Shown: positions 10,026 to 21,154, numbered from the stretch's first letter. The stretch is 43,990 nucleotides of DNA from Candidatus Latescibacterota bacterium (GCA_022822565.1 JAJEAX010000280.1:1-43990), one strand, 5' to 3'. Numbers and translations are program-made. The notes: generated from the sequence alone by a model not told the origin.

Positions 10026-10969
10026 AATTTACCTCCATCTGTATGGTGCTGCGAAAGCATAAGTTCCGCGGTCTGTATATCTGTTTGAATCTGTTCGACT
10101 AACGCTTCTTTGCTGCCAAATTCACGCTCGCCGCGAATGCGGTGCCAAATCTCAAGGGGTAAAACTTTTCCATAGAGATTTTGTGAAAAATTGAGCAAAT
10201 GTACTTCACAACGCGCTGACTGCCCCCCAAATGTTGGGCGTTCGCCATAATTGACAACAGCGATGTAGGGCTGATCGAGCCTGGCAATACCAGCATAAAC
10301 ACCCGGTGTTGGCAAGAGTTTTCCCGGCGTTTCAAACAAGAGATTAGCAGTGGGAAAACCAAGTGCCCTGCCCCGTTTCTCTCCCTCTACTACACGCCCC
10401 CACAAGGGATAAGGATGCCCCATAAGCTGAATAACCGCATCCATGTCTCCGCCTGAAAGTGCGTTGCGAATACGAGTACTGCTCACAGGTTTTTCGGCAA
10501 TGCACACCGCCGGTGGTGAAAAAACAGAGAAACCAAACTGTTTCCCCAAACTTTTCATCGTCTCAAACCCACCCTGACGCCCCCTTCCAAAACCGTGATC
10601 GTAACCTATGATCACAGACCTGGCACTGAGTCTATCAATCAGGAAGCATTTGACAAATACTTCGGGAGACATCCGCCGGAGCGCTTCATCAAATTCAACA
10701 ACCGCCAGAATATCCACCCCCAACGAGGCGAGACAATGCTTTTTTTCCTCAAGCGATGTCAACACCCCAGGGGCATCGGCACCGTCGATAAACTGGCGAG
10801 GATGCGGGTCAAAAGTGACGACGACAGATGTGCCCCTACACGTCTGTGCCATATCAATCATAGCCTCAATGACAGAGACATGCCCGATGTGAATGCCGTC
10901 AAATGTTCCAACCGTGACCACCGGGTGAGCAAGCGCGACCGGTTCTTCAAGCGTTATGATGCGCATCAT
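10016..10969 (-). CDS. ribF: Bifunctional riboflavin kinase/FAD synthetase
   Basis: [22 protein letters not shown]. Start at ATG 10969, coupled to the truB stop (TGATG). Confidence 0.96.
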   Translation of the reverse strand: MMRIITLEEPVALAHPVVTVGTFDGIHIGHVSVIEAMIDMAQTCRGTSVVVTFDPHPRQFIDGADAPGVLTSLEEKKHCLASLGVDILAVVEFDEALRRMSPEVFVKCFLIDRLSARSVIIGYDHGFGRGRQGGFETMKSLGKQFGFSVFSPPAVCIAEKPVSSTRIRNALSGGDMDAVIQLMGHPYPLWGRVVEGEKRGRALGFPTANLLFETPGKLLPTPGVYAGIARLDQPYIAVVNYGERPTFGGQSARCEVHLLNFSQNLYGKVLPLEIWHRIRGEREFGSKEALVEQIQTDIQTAELMLSQHHTDGGKFWR

Positions 10970-11841
10970 CAATTCTGGATCACGCGAATAGGCTTCAAGA
11001 CGCCCTCGACGATATGACCGAGACCGAGCAAAATACCCCGGGAATTTTGCACTGTTACAATATCCTGGGCATCTAATAAAATACCGGTCACGGAATTGCC
11101 ATTTGAAAAACGCCCCTGCTGCGCCTCTGTCAAACACACCGATGACAGATTAAAAACAGCGTGGGGATTGAGCAACACATCAGCAATGCATTCTGCGCGC
11201 TCGAGTTCATAAACCGAAACACATTGCCCCAATTCAACACACCCTACCGCAGTTCTGCGAAGCGCTGAGAGATGGGCACCACACCCGAGCTGTTTGCCAA
11301 TATCGTCAGCAAGTGACCGAATATAAGTCCCCTTAGAACAATGTACGTTCAGGTGCAAAAGCGGTGGTGCATATACCACAATATCGAGCTTATGTATGCA
11401 TACATTACGCGCTGGGCGATCAATTTCAATGCCTCTTCGGGCGAGTTCATAAAGCCTGCGCCCTCCCATACGTATGGCCGAATGCATAGGTGGAACTTGT
11501 GCAATCGCCCCTCTGAATTCGGAAACGGCGGCATCGACTTGTGCATAATCGGTTGGAATATCTTCCGACCTGCTGGTAATCACACCATCGGCGTCGAGAG
11601 AATCGGTTGTCATTCCCAAACGCACAACCGCGCGATATTGTTTATCGCTGCCCGTAATATAAGAACTCAGGCGCGTATAAGCCCCCAAACAAAGTAACAA
11701 AACGCCTGTTGCCATAGGATCGAGGGTGCCTGTATGCCCTGCTTTTTTGATCCCAAAGTGCTTGCGCACCCAACTGACGACATCTTGAGAAGTCCAGCCA
11801 GCGGGTTTGTCTATGCCCAAAAAGCCGTTTATTGGCGCCAC
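10969..11841 (-). CDS. truB: tRNA pseudouridine(55) synthase
   Basis: DKPAGWTS, GHTGTLDPMATG, CSKGTYIRSL. Confidence 0.97.
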   Translation of the reverse strand: MAPINGFLGIDKPAGWTSQDVVSWVRKHFGIKKAGHTGTLDPMATGVLLLCLGAYTRLSSYITGSDKQYRAVVRLGMTTDSLDADGVITSRSEDIPTDYAQVDAAVSEFRGAIAQVPPMHSAIRMGGRRLYELARRGIEIDRPARNVCIHKLDIVVYAPPLLHLNVHCSKGTYIRSLADDIGKQLGCGAHLSALRRTAVGCVELGQCVSVYELERAECIADVLLNPHAVFNLSSVCLTEAQQGRFSNGNSVTGILLDAQDIVTVQNSRGILLGLGHIVEGVLKPIRVIQN

Positions 11842-12183
11842 CTATGTGTTGAGACGGTTGAGCAATTGCTCAATTCGCGTGCCCTGCGTGATGGAGTCAT
11901 CCAGAGCGAAAAACAATTCGGGAACATGTCGCAAATGAACGCGCTGAGCGAGCGCACGACGAAAAAAAGACATTGCGCCCATCAAGCGTTCGAGCACCTG
12001 TATTTGCGCTTCAGCCTCCCCCATCACACTGACGTAAACCCTCGCTGTGCGCAGATCACGAGACATCTCAACAGCTGTAATCGTGACTTCTGACAGACCG
12101 GGGTCACGGGTTTCCATGTGCAAAATTTCACTCAGGGCAACCTGAATGGCTTTTCCCACACTTTCCGGCCGATAAGATGGCAT
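11842..12183 (-). CDS. rbfA: Ribosome-binding factor A
   Basis: RDP...VTIT.V.MSRDL..ARVYVS...LRHVPELFF; canonical position after infB. Confidence 0.95.
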   Translation of the reverse strand: MPSYRPESVGKAIQVALSEILHMETRDPGLSEVTITAVEMSRDLRTARVYVSVMGEAEAQIQVLERLMGAMSFFRRALAQRVHLRHVPELFFALDDSITQGTRIEQLLNRLNT

Positions 12184-12184
12184 G

Positions 12185-12466
12185 TCAGAGCAACTCCAGC
12201 GAATAGTCCATCAAAATAAGGCGATCTTCGCGCTCGATTAAATCAACCACCTTTGACAACACCTGATTGGCATACCGCGAGTCGTTGGCAACTATTGCGA
12301 TACCCAACTGTGCCCTTTGCCAGCGCTCATTGTCGCCCAGTTCAGAAATAGAGACATTGAATTTGTTGCGTGCGCGCGTCGTGATGCTCTTGAGCACGCT
12401 GCGTTTCTGTTTCAACGAGGCGCATTCGGGTAAATACAGATCGATATTACAAAAACCAATGGTCAT
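12185..12466 (-). CDS. DUF503 (YlxP-like) protein
   Basis: SLKQKRSVLKS...KFNVSISE...WQRA; usual location between infB and rbfA. Confidence 0.9.
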   Translation of the reverse strand: MTIGFCNIDLYLPECASLKQKRSVLKSITTRARNKFNVSISELGDNERWQRAQLGIAIVANDSRYANQVLSKVVDLIEREDRLILMDYSLELL

Positions 12467-14898
12467 TAGATCGTGCGAGTAGTTTCAACGCGTTCGTAAG
12501 TTTCAATGACATCGCCGACTTTGACATCGTTAAAATTTTCGATACCAATGCCGCATTCAAAGCCGTTTTGCACCTCGCGGACATCATCTTTAAAACGCCG
12601 CAAAGATCCGATACGGCCGTCGTAAATAACAACGCCATCGCGCAAAACGCGCGCATTAGTCGTGCGGTGGATAAGCCCTTGAGAAACCAGACAGCCAGCA
12701 ATTGTACCAATGCGCGGCACCTGGAAAAGCTCGCGTACCTGCGCTTCTCCCTGCACATTTTCTTCAATTTTGGGTGCCAACAACCCGGAAAGGGCAGCGC
12801 GAATATCTTCGACTACTTCGTAAATCACGCGATACAAACGAATATCAACGCGTTCTCGTGCCGCAACTTCTCTTGCATTTGCATCGGGACGCACGTTAAA
12901 TCCGATAATGATGGCATCTGAGGCGGATGCGAGCAGGATGTCAGATTCGGAAATCGCACCCACAGCGCGGTGAATCACCGATAGCTGCACTTCTTCGTGC
13001 TCAATTTGCAATAGCGCGTCTTGCAAAGCCTCGACAGACCCATCGACATCGCCTTTGATAATCAGGCGCAATTCTTCCATATTGCCCGTCTCAATCTGGT
13101 TGTGAATATCGGACAAGGATACGCGACGCACGCGATGAAATTCTTGTTCGCGCCTGAGTTGCTGCCGTTTTTGGCTGATATCGCGCGCTTCGCGCTCATT
13201 TTCAACGACGTGAAATGTATCCCCTGCCTGGGGCAATCCCGCCAGGCCGAGAACCTGAACCGGACGAGATGGGCCAGCCGTTGCCACGGATAGACCGCGC
13301 TCGTCGAGCATTGCGCGGACGCGGCCACTGAACATGCCAGTAATAAAAGGATCGCCCACTTGTAGCCTGCCTTCTTGCACGAGCACTGTGGCGATATTTC
13401 CACGTCCTCGGTCGAGTTTTGATTCTACAATAGTACCTTTGGCGCGTTTATCTGGATCTGCCCTAAGTTCGAGCATTTCTGTTTCAAGAGCCAATAGCTC
13501 GAGCAGAGCATCGACATTCTGTCCTGTTTTAGCGGAAATTTCGCAAACTTGAACACTACCGCCATAATCTTCTACGACGACATTGTGTTCCGTCAACTCC
13601 CGTTTGATTTTATCGGGATCGGCGGTGGGCAAGTCGATTTTGTTTACTGCAACGACCAGGGGTACATTGGCCGCTTTGGCATGATCGATGGCTTCTACTG
13701 TCTGTGGCATCACACTATCATCTGCAGCCACTATCAGAACGACGACATCGGTTACACTGGCACCTCTGGCACGCATCGCCGTAAAAGCTTCGTGCCCGGG
13801 CGTATCGAGAAAACATATTTCACGACCATCACCGAGTTCGACGTGATACGCACCAATATGCTGCGTAATGCCGCCGGCTTCACCTTCCATCACATTGGTC
13901 TCTCGGATATAATCCAAAAGAGATGTTTTGCCGTGATCCACATGTCCCATAATTGTCACTACCGGGGGCCTTGGTTTTTGACTCTCATCAGAAGTTTCTA
14001 CCTCCGCATTTTCCAATATCTCTTCGCCGTATTCTTCAAGTTCCTCAATGCCAAAACCAAATTCATCGGCAACAAGCGTGATGGTATCCATATCAAGACG
14101 CTGGTTGATGGTCGCCACCATACCGAGTTTGAGACACTGTGTGATGACTTCGGTGGGGCGCACATCCATCTGAGAAGCGAGTTCGCCAATGGTTGTAAAC
14201 TCATTGACTTTGAGAACTTGTTCACCTGTGGTTTCGTCTTCTGGCTCTTCACTATCTTGCCGACGGCGACGGCGCACCCGTGATGGTGCTGCACCACTCG
14301 ACATTTGCGCCCGTGTTCGACGCACATTCTCTAATACTTCGCGCTCATCAACGACAGGGCGCTTACGCCTGCGGCGACGTTTTCTTGGAGACCGCGTGCG
14401 GCTTTTCTTTACCTGTACGGGCTTTTCTTTAGACTTGGCTTCGTCCTGAACTGCGGGCTTTTCTTCTTTGGTTTTTGGCGCTTTTGTTTCGGGTTTCTGC
14501 ACCGGTGTCTGACTGACATCTTCTACGACAACAGTTGGATAATCTGTTCGGCGTCTTCTGCGCCGCGGACGTTGCCGTCTCTCACCGCTGGTCTCAGTCT
14601 TTTCATCAGACCGAACTGAACGAGCCCGGCTCACGCGAGGCTTTTGCACAGGACTTTCGCGTTCTTTTCTTTCATCATCCTTGCGTCTGAGTTTTCGCCG
14701 CGTCGCCTGGCGTTCTGAATCAAATTTCTTTTGTACCGCCTCAACCATATCAGTCGTACAGACCGCCATGTGATTTTTGACTTCAAAACCAAGGCTTCTA
14801 ATCTGCTCAACCATTGCGACACTCGACAAATTGAACTCGCGCGCAATCTCGTAAACTCGTTTTTTCTTAGCTATTGTTTTGCCTGTTGTCTTCGCCAA
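12466..14898 (-). CDS. infB: Translation initiation factor IF-2
   Basis: [29 protein letters not shown]. Start placed at TTG 14898 because SD GGAGGTG overlaps the upstream GTG. Confidence 0.98.
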   Translation of the reverse strand: MAKTTGKTIAKKKRVYEIAREFNLSSVAMVEQIRSLGFEVKNHMAVCTTDMVEAVQKKFDSERQATRRKLRRKDDERKERESPVQKPRVSRARSVRSDEKTETSGERRQRPRRRRRRTDYPTVVVEDVSQTPVQKPETKAPKTKEEKPAVQDEAKSKEKPVQVKKSRTRSPRKRRRRRKRPVVDEREVLENVRRTRAQMSSGAAPSRVRRRRRQDSEEPEDETTGEQVLKVNEFTTIGELASQMDVRPTEVITQCLKLGMVATINQRLDMDTITLVADEFGFGIEELEEYGEEILENAEVETSDESQKPRPPVVTIMGHVDHGKTSLLDYIRETNVMEGEAGGITQHIGAYHVELGDGREICFLDTPGHEAFTAMRARGASVTDVVVLIVAADDSVMPQTVEAIDHAKAANVPLVVAVNKIDLPTADPDKIKRELTEHNVVVEDYGGSVQVCEISAKTGQNVDALLELLALETEMLELRADPDKRAKGTIVESKLDRGRGNIATVLVQEGRLQVGDPFITGMFSGRVRAMLDERGLSVATAGPSRPVQVLGLAGLPQAGDTFHVVENEREARDISQKRQQLRREQEFHRVRRVSLSDIHNQIETGNMEELRLIIKGDVDGSVEALQDALLQIEHEEVQLSVIHRAVGAISESDILLASASDAIIIGFNVRPDANAREVAARERVDIRLYRVIYEVVEDIRAALSGLLAPKIEENVQGEAQVRELFQVPRIGTIAGCLVSQGLIHRTTNARVLRDGVVIYDGRIGSLRRFKDDVREVQNGFECGIGIENFNDVKVGDVIETYERVETTRTI

Positions 14899-14913
14899 TA
14901 GGCTCACCTCCGA

Positions 14914-16221
14914 TCATTTATCTGTTGCTTCTGCTTGCAAACGCGCTTGTTCTTCGCGGTAAGCAGATACTTTGTCATTGACAATTTCCTGCGCGGTCTC
15001 CCGCAACTTCTCAGCCGTCGTTTCACCGATACCGGGCACTTTGAGCAACGTATTTAAGGATACGCGGACGAGGTCGTTGGCAGATAAGATACCCGCGGCC
15101 TCGAGTCGATCTCGCGTCACTTGACCAGTGCCGGGTACTTCGACCAATGGCACTGTCGTGGCCTGGCGTTCGGTTAGTATTTCCTCATAACGTGTTTCCG
15201 TCATGATATCGACATGCCAGCCCGTCAATTGCGATGCCAAACGGGCGTTCTGTCCCTCTTTGCCAATAGCCAGCGAAAGCTGATCATCATCGACTATGGC
15301 CGACATGCGTTTTTCGCGTCGGTCAATCACCACGCGACGGACTGTGGCGGGGTTCAATGCACGCGACAAAAAGATCGCTTCGTCGTCACTCCAGGGGACT
15401 ATATCTATGCGTTCACTACTCAACTCGCGCACCACAGCCTGTACACGCGAGCCTTTCATACCCACGCAAGCACCCACGGGATCTATACGCGCATCATTGG
15501 AATAAACGGCAATTTTGGCCCGCACCCCCGGTTCGCGCGAAACGGCCTTAATTTCGATAACACCTTCATAAATTTCAGGAACTTCAAGCTGGAAGAGCCT
15601 TTCGAGAAATACCGGATGTGTGCGACTCAACACCACCTGGGGGCCTTTGGCTGTACGCAAAACTTCGAGCAAGTAGGCCCGAATGGGATCCCCCTGTCGA
15701 TAGCGTTCCTTTCTGATTTGCTCCTTGAGCGGAATAATCGCTTCTGTTCGACCCAGGTTGACCAGGATATCCCCCCGACTGATTTGTTGCACGGTTCCCG
15801 AAACAATCTCTCCGATGCGCCCCTGATAATCTTCGTAGATTTTCTCGCGCTCGGCTTCCCTGACCCGTTGGACGAGTACCTGCCTTGTCGTTTGAATCGC
15901 ATTGCGCCCAAAATCGTCAAAATTGAGGCGGAATCTCACTTCCCCGCCGACCTTCGCATCTGTGTCTGCTTTTCGCGCCTGTGTCACGCCAACTTGGATT
16001 CCCGGATCTTCGACCGAGTCGTCGGCAACAATTTCTTTGACCGCTTCAACGACAATCTCTCCAGAGTTATTGTCGAAGTTGACTTCCACATTGTCTCCGG
16101 TTCCAAACCGCTTTTTTGCCGCAGAGATTAACCCCATTTCAAGGGTTTCGATAACCATATCTCGGTTGACATTTTTTTCCTGGGCAATTTGCCTTAACGC
16201 TTCGAGAACTTCGTAATTCAA
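14914..16221 (-). CDS. nusA: Transcription termination/antitermination factor NusA with C-terminal HhH repeats
   Basis: FGRNAIQ, DPVGACVGMKGSRV, LSLAIGKEGQNARLA; TTG start 16221 (MNYEVLEAL) with SD GAGGAGG. Confidence 0.97.
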   Translation of the reverse strand: MNYEVLEALRQIAQEKNVNRDMVIETLEMGLISAAKKRFGTGDNVEVNFDNNSGEIVVEAVKEIVADDSVEDPGIQVGVTQARKADTDAKVGGEVRFRLNFDDFGRNAIQTTRQVLVQRVREAEREKIYEDYQGRIGEIVSGTVQQISRGDILVNLGRTEAIIPLKEQIRKERYRQGDPIRAYLLEVLRTAKGPQVVLSRTHPVFLERLFQLEVPEIYEGVIEIKAVSREPGVRAKIAVYSNDARIDPVGACVGMKGSRVQAVVRELSSERIDIVPWSDDEAIFLSRALNPATVRRVVIDRREKRMSAIVDDDQLSLAIGKEGQNARLASQLTGWHVDIMTETRYEEILTERQATTVPLVEVPGTGQVTRDRLEAAGILSANDLVRVSLNTLLKVPGIGETTAEKLRETAQEIVNDKVSAYREEQARLQAEATDK

Positions 16222-16241
16222 GTGAGGACCCTCCTCAACCA

Positions 16242-16682
16242 TTACAACTTAAAATGCACAGTGGCTTTCTGAATTTTGGCGCGTTCAATAGTGGTTCGTT
16301 CACCTTGTAACTCGACATCGAGATGATCAGCTTTGACCTGTAAGAGCGTTCCGACCACAACACCCAGACCATCTACAACAAGGCGAAGCGCTTTACCAAC
16401 TACCCGCTCAAAATCTCGGTCTGTCTTTAAGGGCCGCGTCAAACCGGGAGATGAAACTTCGAGCAGATATGTGCCATCAATCGGATCGCGCGTATCCAAC
16501 ATATCTGCAATATCCCGACTGAGCGCAGCACATTCGTCAACTGTAATTCCATCGGGACGATCGACAAAGATGCGTACGATTTGCCGTCTGTAGTTGCCAG
16601 AAACCGCTAACTCAACCAACTCGACATCCCGACGCTTGAGAAGCGGAAGAATCATATCGGTCAGGGTGTCTTTAATAAGCAT
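16242..16682 (-). CDS. rimP: Ribosome maturation factor RimP
   Basis: GITVDEC..LSR, YLLEVSSPGLTRPL. Confidence 0.96.
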   Translation of the reverse strand: MLIKDTLTDMILPLLKRRDVELVELAVSGNYRRQIVRIFVDRPDGITVDECAALSRDIADMLDTRDPIDGTYLLEVSSPGLTRPLKTDRDFERVVGKALRLVVDGLGVVVGTLLQVKADHLDVELQGERTTIERAKIQKATVHFKL

Positions 16683-16740
16683 TGGATAACTCGAGACTCC
16701 CGCTTTATCGCACGGCGGTTCTAACTACCCCCATATACTC

Positions 16741-16765
16741 AAAAGAGTGGGCAGAAGCCCACTCT
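16741..16765 (-). promoter_or_regulatory. rimP/nusA leader hairpin (attenuator-like terminator)
   Basis: AGAGTGGGC-TTCT-GCCCACTCT-TTT in the 5' leader of rimP, just downstream of the predicted transcription start. Confidence 0.7.
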
Positions 16766-16779
16766 ATAATCAGAAAATG

Positions 16780-16808
16780 AATATATAAAATTATATAGTA
16801 TAACGCAA
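16780..16808 (-). promoter_or_regulatory. Putative sigma70 promoter of the rimP-nusA-infB operon
   Basis: TTGCGT-17 nt-TATATT. Confidence 0.6.
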
Positions 16809-16811
16809 GTT

Positions 16812-17189
16812 TTATTTCCCCGCATTCGATGCCTTATCCCCTTCTATCAGTTGCTTGAGCTCGACCAACATTCGCTGTAATTCAGCCAGTGGATTTTCAA
16901 CATTAGACGTCGCGCCTTCAATGCTCTGGTTTTCCCATAAACTGCTGTCTATCTTCAGCCTTTCAACCGCCCCTTGAATCGTGTATTTCTGGCCGTAGAG
17001 CAAGTCCTTAATAGCCAAAACAACCTTGATATTTCGCTCTGTGTACGTGCGATTGCCCGATCGACCACGCCTGGGATTCAGTTGAGAAAATTCCTTCTCC
17101 CAAAACCGCAGGACATGAGATTCTACGCCAGTGAGTTCCGATACCTCGCGGATCGAATAATAGAGCTTTTTGATACCGGTCGAACGCAT
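16812..17189 (-). CDS. MerR-family HTH transcriptional regulator
   Basis: KLYYSIREVSELTGVESHVLRFWEKEF..L.P...GNRTY. Confidence 0.9.
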   Translation of the reverse strand: MRSTGIKKLYYSIREVSELTGVESHVLRFWEKEFSQLNPRRGRSGNRTYTERNIKVVLAIKDLLYGQKYTIQGAVERLKIDSSLWENQSIEGATSNVENPLAELQRMLVELKQLIEGDKASNAGK

Positions 17190-17194
17190 AAATA

Positions 17195-18499
17195 TTACTT
17201 CTTTTTAAATAAGATGCGGATGGGGGTACCCAAAAAGTCAAACGCCTGTCTGAGTCTGCGCTCTAAAAACCGGCGGTAGTGCACGGGAACATCTTTGGGG
17301 CGCCCGGTAAAAAAGAGAATGGTTGGCGGTGCACTGCGCGGCATAACGCAGAAAGACATGCGAAAGACCCGTCCATTCTTGGTAGGCGGAGCCGTTGTTG
17401 CATTGAGATGCGTCAAAAAGTCGTTCAAATCGCCCGTTGAAATGCGATGGCGACGTTTCAGTGCCACATCTAGAGCCAGATCAATAACGCGCCAGGCGCG
17501 TTGTCCTGTAAGCGCCGAGAGAAAAACAATGGGATAGTTTTCGAAGTGTACAAAGCGCGAGCGAATTTGTTGAGCTATTTTATCGGCTGTATGGCCGTCC
17601 TTTTCAATCAGGTCCCATTTGTTAATGCCTAAGATCAGCCCCTTGCCCAGGGCAATAGCGCGTTCTGAAATTTTGACATCCTGTACTGTACATCCTTCCA
17701 CAGCATCAACCAACACAATCGCCACATCGGATCGCTCAAGGCTTTCCACAGTGCGGAGCGAACTGTAAAAATCGACTTGCTCTTTGACGCGCGTCCGCCG
17801 CCTCAAACCCGCTGTGTCAACGAGAACAAATGGCCGTCCATTGCGTTCCATCGAGAGGTCAATCGCATCGCGAGTCGTTCCTGGAATTTCGCTCACCACC
17901 ACCCGATCTCGCCCTATCAGACGGTTCACAAAGGTAGATTTACCCATGTTCGGACGGCCCAATACCGCGATTCGAGGGGGCAATTCTTCTTGTGAGTCGC
18001 CTTCTTCTGCTGGCAAACATGTAAGGATTTCATCTAGCAAGTCACCCGATTGCCGTCCATTGATAGCAGAAACGCACAGCGGGTCGCCCAGGGCAAGACC
18101 GTAAAAAGCCGCGCCATCAGCTTCGTTCTCATCTTTATCGACTTTGTTGACAATCAGCCGGTAAGGCGCGCCCGAATCGCGGATCTTGCGCGCCATAATT
18201 GCATCGTAATCCGTAGGTCCTGTCTGTGCATCAACCAAAAAGAGCAACAGGTCTGCTTCCCCCAAAGCAAGCTCGACCTGCCGGGAAACCAGGTCGGCGA
18301 TTATTTCGTCTGCATTGGGCACATATCCGCCCGTATCGACCAGCGTAAACGTTCTGCCATTCCAGGTACACTGGGCATAGTTGCGATCGCGCGTGACACC
18401 GGGAAAGTCATCTACCACAGCTTTGCGCTCGCCAATTAGCCGATTAAAGAGTGTTGACTTGCCGACATTTGGCCGTCCAACAATCGCCACGACGCCCAT
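17195..18499 (-). CDS. der: Ribosome biogenesis GTPase Der (EngA)
   Basis: Two G domains (GRPNVGKS and GRPNMGKS; DTGG/DTAG; NKVD/NKWD) and a KH-like tail GTPIRI. Confidence 0.97.
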   Translation of the reverse strand: MGVVAIVGRPNVGKSTLFNRLIGERKAVVDDFPGVTRDRNYAQCTWNGRTFTLVDTGGYVPNADEIIADLVSRQVELALGEADLLLFLVDAQTGPTDYDAIMARKIRDSGAPYRLIVNKVDKDENEADGAAFYGLALGDPLCVSAINGRQSGDLLDEILTCLPAEEGDSQEELPPRIAVLGRPNMGKSTFVNRLIGRDRVVVSEIPGTTRDAIDLSMERNGRPFVLVDTAGLRRRTRVKEQVDFYSSLRTVESLERSDVAIVLVDAVEGCTVQDVKISERAIALGKGLILGINKWDLIEKDGHTADKIAQQIRSRFVHFENYPIVFLSALTGQRAWRVIDLALDVALKRRHRISTGDLNDFLTHLNATTAPPTKNGRVFRMSFCVMPRSAPPTILFFTGRPKDVPVHYRRFLERRLRQAFDFLGTPIRILFKKK

Positions 18500-18502
18500 T
18501 GC

Positions 18503-19927
18503 CTAATTCTCCATCTGATGTGATGCAATATACGGGTGCGCCACAATCTCACTTCCTGCCCCCATAGAAGCAGACACACCCCAGACGGCATTTTGAATGG
18601 TCTCCACCAGATCGTAAGTACCCACAATGATCCGACAGCCCACCTCTTGCACCAGGTCTTCAAGCAAAAGGTCATCTAAAAATAGACCATTATGATTTAA
18701 GCAGTTGGGAGGTAAAAGGACAGTCTCATCGCTCTCGACAGAGGCATCTGTCAGGGCGCGACCAATATCATTGCCCGATAGCAACCCAGAAACCGTTATA
18801 CCTTCGCCGAGGAAGCGATTGACCACAGGTACAACGCGGGCATTAATCCAGGAAATACGGTTCAAGCGTTTGACCATTGCATCTAAAAAATGCGTACCCA
18901 ACATACCCGTTACAAGAACAAAACGCTGCGGTGGTAATGCTAAATTTTCGAGATCCTCAATCCGATTTTCAAATCCATCGACAAAGCGGCGAACCATGCC
19001 AATTCCATTTTCGACGAGTGGAAACCCATCGTATTCAGATTGCGGAGGCACAGATTGGCCCGTCAGTAAATACATTTCATCGCCCAAATACACAAAGCGC
19101 GTACCCAGGCGTTTTTTTAGCATACTCTGCCACGCTGTTACCTGGCGAATTGCCAGGGCTGCATCGGCTTGTGTCACGCGGTTCAAGCTGGGGAGATTCT
19201 TGCGAAATTTTGTCAAGCCCAGCGGCACAACCCCCACGGATTCAACGCGCGGATGACGCGCAGCAAGATCAAAAACCGTCTGTTTAAGTGCTTGACCATC
19301 GTTGATACCCGGGCACAAGACTACTTGCGCGTGCATCTGAATCCCGTGTTTGGCTAAGATATCAATCCGATCCAAAACAGGCGTTGCCCGCCTGCGACCG
19401 AGCAACTCGGCTCGCAATTTGGGATCTGTTGCGTGAACCGAGATGTACATTGGACTCAATTTTTGGTCAATAATGCGCTGAAATTCATCCTCAGACAGGT
19501 TAGTCAGCGTGACATAAGCCCCGTGCAGAAAAGACAATCGATAGTCGTCATCCTGGTAATACAGGGTTTTACGCAGACCTTTGGGCATCTGGTGCAAAAA
19601 GCAAAAAACGCACTTATTATCGCATTTGAGAATGGGCATGTCTTCAAAATCCACGCCCAGATCGTCTTCAATATCTTTTTCAATCTCAAATAAAAATTGA
19701 TCCTCTCCTCGCCGCACTGTGGCCAACACGTCTTCTTCGCCTATGTAAAAACGGTAATCAATGGGATCGCGCACCGGGTGTCCATTGATCGTTTCTACGA
19801 CATCGCCGCGCTGTAACCCAATGGCTTCTCCAATCCCATCGGGATGTACCAAACGGATTTGCAAACCGGTATCAACGCGTTCAACACTGCGCCGCCCCTC
19901 GACCTGTGCCCCTTTTATAACATCCAT
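18503..19927 (-). CDS. PDZ plus radical SAM DUF512 protein
   Basis: N-terminal PDZ-like domain, CxxxCxxC (CDNKCVFC), DDDYRLSFLHG, QVVLCPGINDG, ENGIG. Confidence 0.9.
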   Translation of the reverse strand: MDVIKGAQVEGRRSVERVDTGLQIRLVHPDGIGEAIGLQRGDVVETINGHPVRDPIDYRFYIGEEDVLATVRRGEDQFLFEIEKDIEDDLGVDFEDMPILKCDNKCVFCFLHQMPKGLRKTLYYQDDDYRLSFLHGAYVTLTNLSEDEFQRIIDQKLSPMYISVHATDPKLRAELLGRRRATPVLDRIDILAKHGIQMHAQVVLCPGINDGQALKQTVFDLAARHPRVESVGVVPLGLTKFRKNLPSLNRVTQADAALAIRQVTAWQSMLKKRLGTRFVYLGDEMYLLTGQSVPPQSEYDGFPLVENGIGMVRRFVDGFENRIEDLENLALPPQRFVLVTGMLGTHFLDAMVKRLNRISWINARVVPVVNRFLGEGITVSGLLSGNDIGRALTDASVESDETVLLPPNCLNHNGLFLDDLLLEDLVQEVGCRIIVGTYDLVETIQNAVWGVSASMGAGSEIVAHPYIASHQMEN

Positions 19928-19998
19928 TTCAATTCCAGTAATTGATTGTTAGACAATACAATATTTCAATAACTTATAAGTATCTATGAATCGTTGAA

Positions 19999-20027
19999 AA
20001 CTTACGATAAAGCAAAATTAAGGTCAA
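19999..20027 (-). promoter_or_regulatory. Putative sigma70 promoter for DUF512-der-merR
   Basis: TTGACC-17 nt-TAAGTT in an AT-rich divergent intergenic region. Confidence 0.5.
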
Positions 20028-20141
20028 GAGAAAAGCCGACTACCCGCGATATAATATCTGACAAGTCCAGAATATCTCTTTATCTTGAAACCATCAAAAT
20101 GCAGAAAAAGATTCTCCAGCCAACATGGGAGGACACACCTT

Positions 20142-20834
20142 ATGCCCGCTCCCCCACGCATTTCAGTTATTATTCCGGTTTTTAACGAGCAGGATGCCAT
20201 AGAAAAAGTAATTGGCGATATTCCCAGTCATTTACCCACCGAAATCATCGTCGTAGATAATGGGTCAACCGACCAAACAGCAAAATTAGCCGCCGCAATG
20301 GGCGCACGCATTGTGCGAGAAAATCGCCGTGGGTACGGTTCTGCCTGTCTCGCGGGTATCGCAGCAACCAATGATCCCGATATCGTCGTCTTTCTCGATG
20401 GCGACTACAGCGATCACCCCAACGAAATGCCGGATCTGATTGCGCCCATCCTGGAAAACCGAGCCGACCTCGTGATAGGCTCGCGCGTTCTGGGCAATAG
20501 TGAACCCGGTGCGCTGATGATTCAGGCGCGCTTTGGCAACCGTCTGGCCACCAGCCTCATCAAAATTCTCTTTGGCGTATCCTATACAGACCTGGGGCCA
20601 TTCCGGGCGATTCGCTACCTGGCACTCATGGACTTAAATATGCGGGATAAGACTTTTGGATGGACAGTAGAAATGCAGGTCAAAGCGGCAAAACAGGCGT
20701 TAAAAATACAAGAAGTGCCAGTAAGTTATAGAAAACGCATCGGCGTTTCCAAAATTACTGGCACTCTAAAAGGCACCCTCAAGGCAGGGTGGAAAATTCT
20801 ATTTACAATTTTCAGGTACTGGTTTACGAGGTGA
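20142..20834 (+). CDS. GT2 family glycosyltransferase (DPM synthase-like)
   Basis: VIIPVFNE, VVDNGSTD, FLDGD; ATG 20142 with SD GGAGG. Confidence 0.92.
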   Translation: MPAPPRISVIIPVFNEQDAIEKVIGDIPSHLPTEIIVVDNGSTDQTAKLAAAMGARIVRENRRGYGSACLAGIAATNDPDIVVFLDGDYSDHPNEMPDLIAPILENRADLVIGSRVLGNSEPGALMIQARFGNRLATSLIKILFGVSYTDLGPFRAIRYLALMDLNMRDKTFGWTVEMQVKAAKQALKIQEVPVSYRKRIGVSKITGTLKGTLKAGWKILFTIFRYWFTR

Positions 20835-20852
20835 GATATAAGAGGGGCCCTC

Positions 20853-21149
20853 TTACTTCTTTGCATCATCTATCTGTTGTTCCAAACGCCTGAGTGCTTC
20901 ATCTATGCGAATACGGTCTTTTTCATGCCGATTGTTTTGACGCACAATTTGATCGGCAATATCAAATGCAGCCATCAGTGCAATCCGGGTGGTATCAACC
21001 GTATTTTCGTCCCCGGCAATCTGGTTCATTTTTTTATCGACAAAATTTGAAATCTCAGAGGTATATTCCTCCGACTCCTCACTGCTGAGTACATATTCCG
21101 ACCCAAAGATCGTCACCTTCGTCTTATGTAAATTATCAGAATGGGACAT
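20853..21149 (-). CDS. zapA: Cell division protein ZapA
   Basis: VTIFGSEY...EEY...FVDKKM...ALMAAFDIAD followed by a coiled coil. Confidence 0.85.
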   Translation of the reverse strand: MSHSDNLHKTKVTIFGSEYVLSSEESEEYTSEISNFVDKKMNQIAGDENTVDTTRIALMAAFDIADQIVRQNNRHEKDRIRIDEALRRLEQQIDDAKK

Positions 21150-21154
21150 AATTA

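Noticed and set aside
13549-16131. Long plus-strand ORFs (244 and 305 aa) opposite infB and nusA, and similar ORFs opposite the LRR gene
   Set aside because: Antisense shadows of genuine coding sequence with no motifs.
20835-20852. 6S RNA expected downstream of zapA
   Set aside because: Only 18 nt separate zapA from the convergent GT2 gene.
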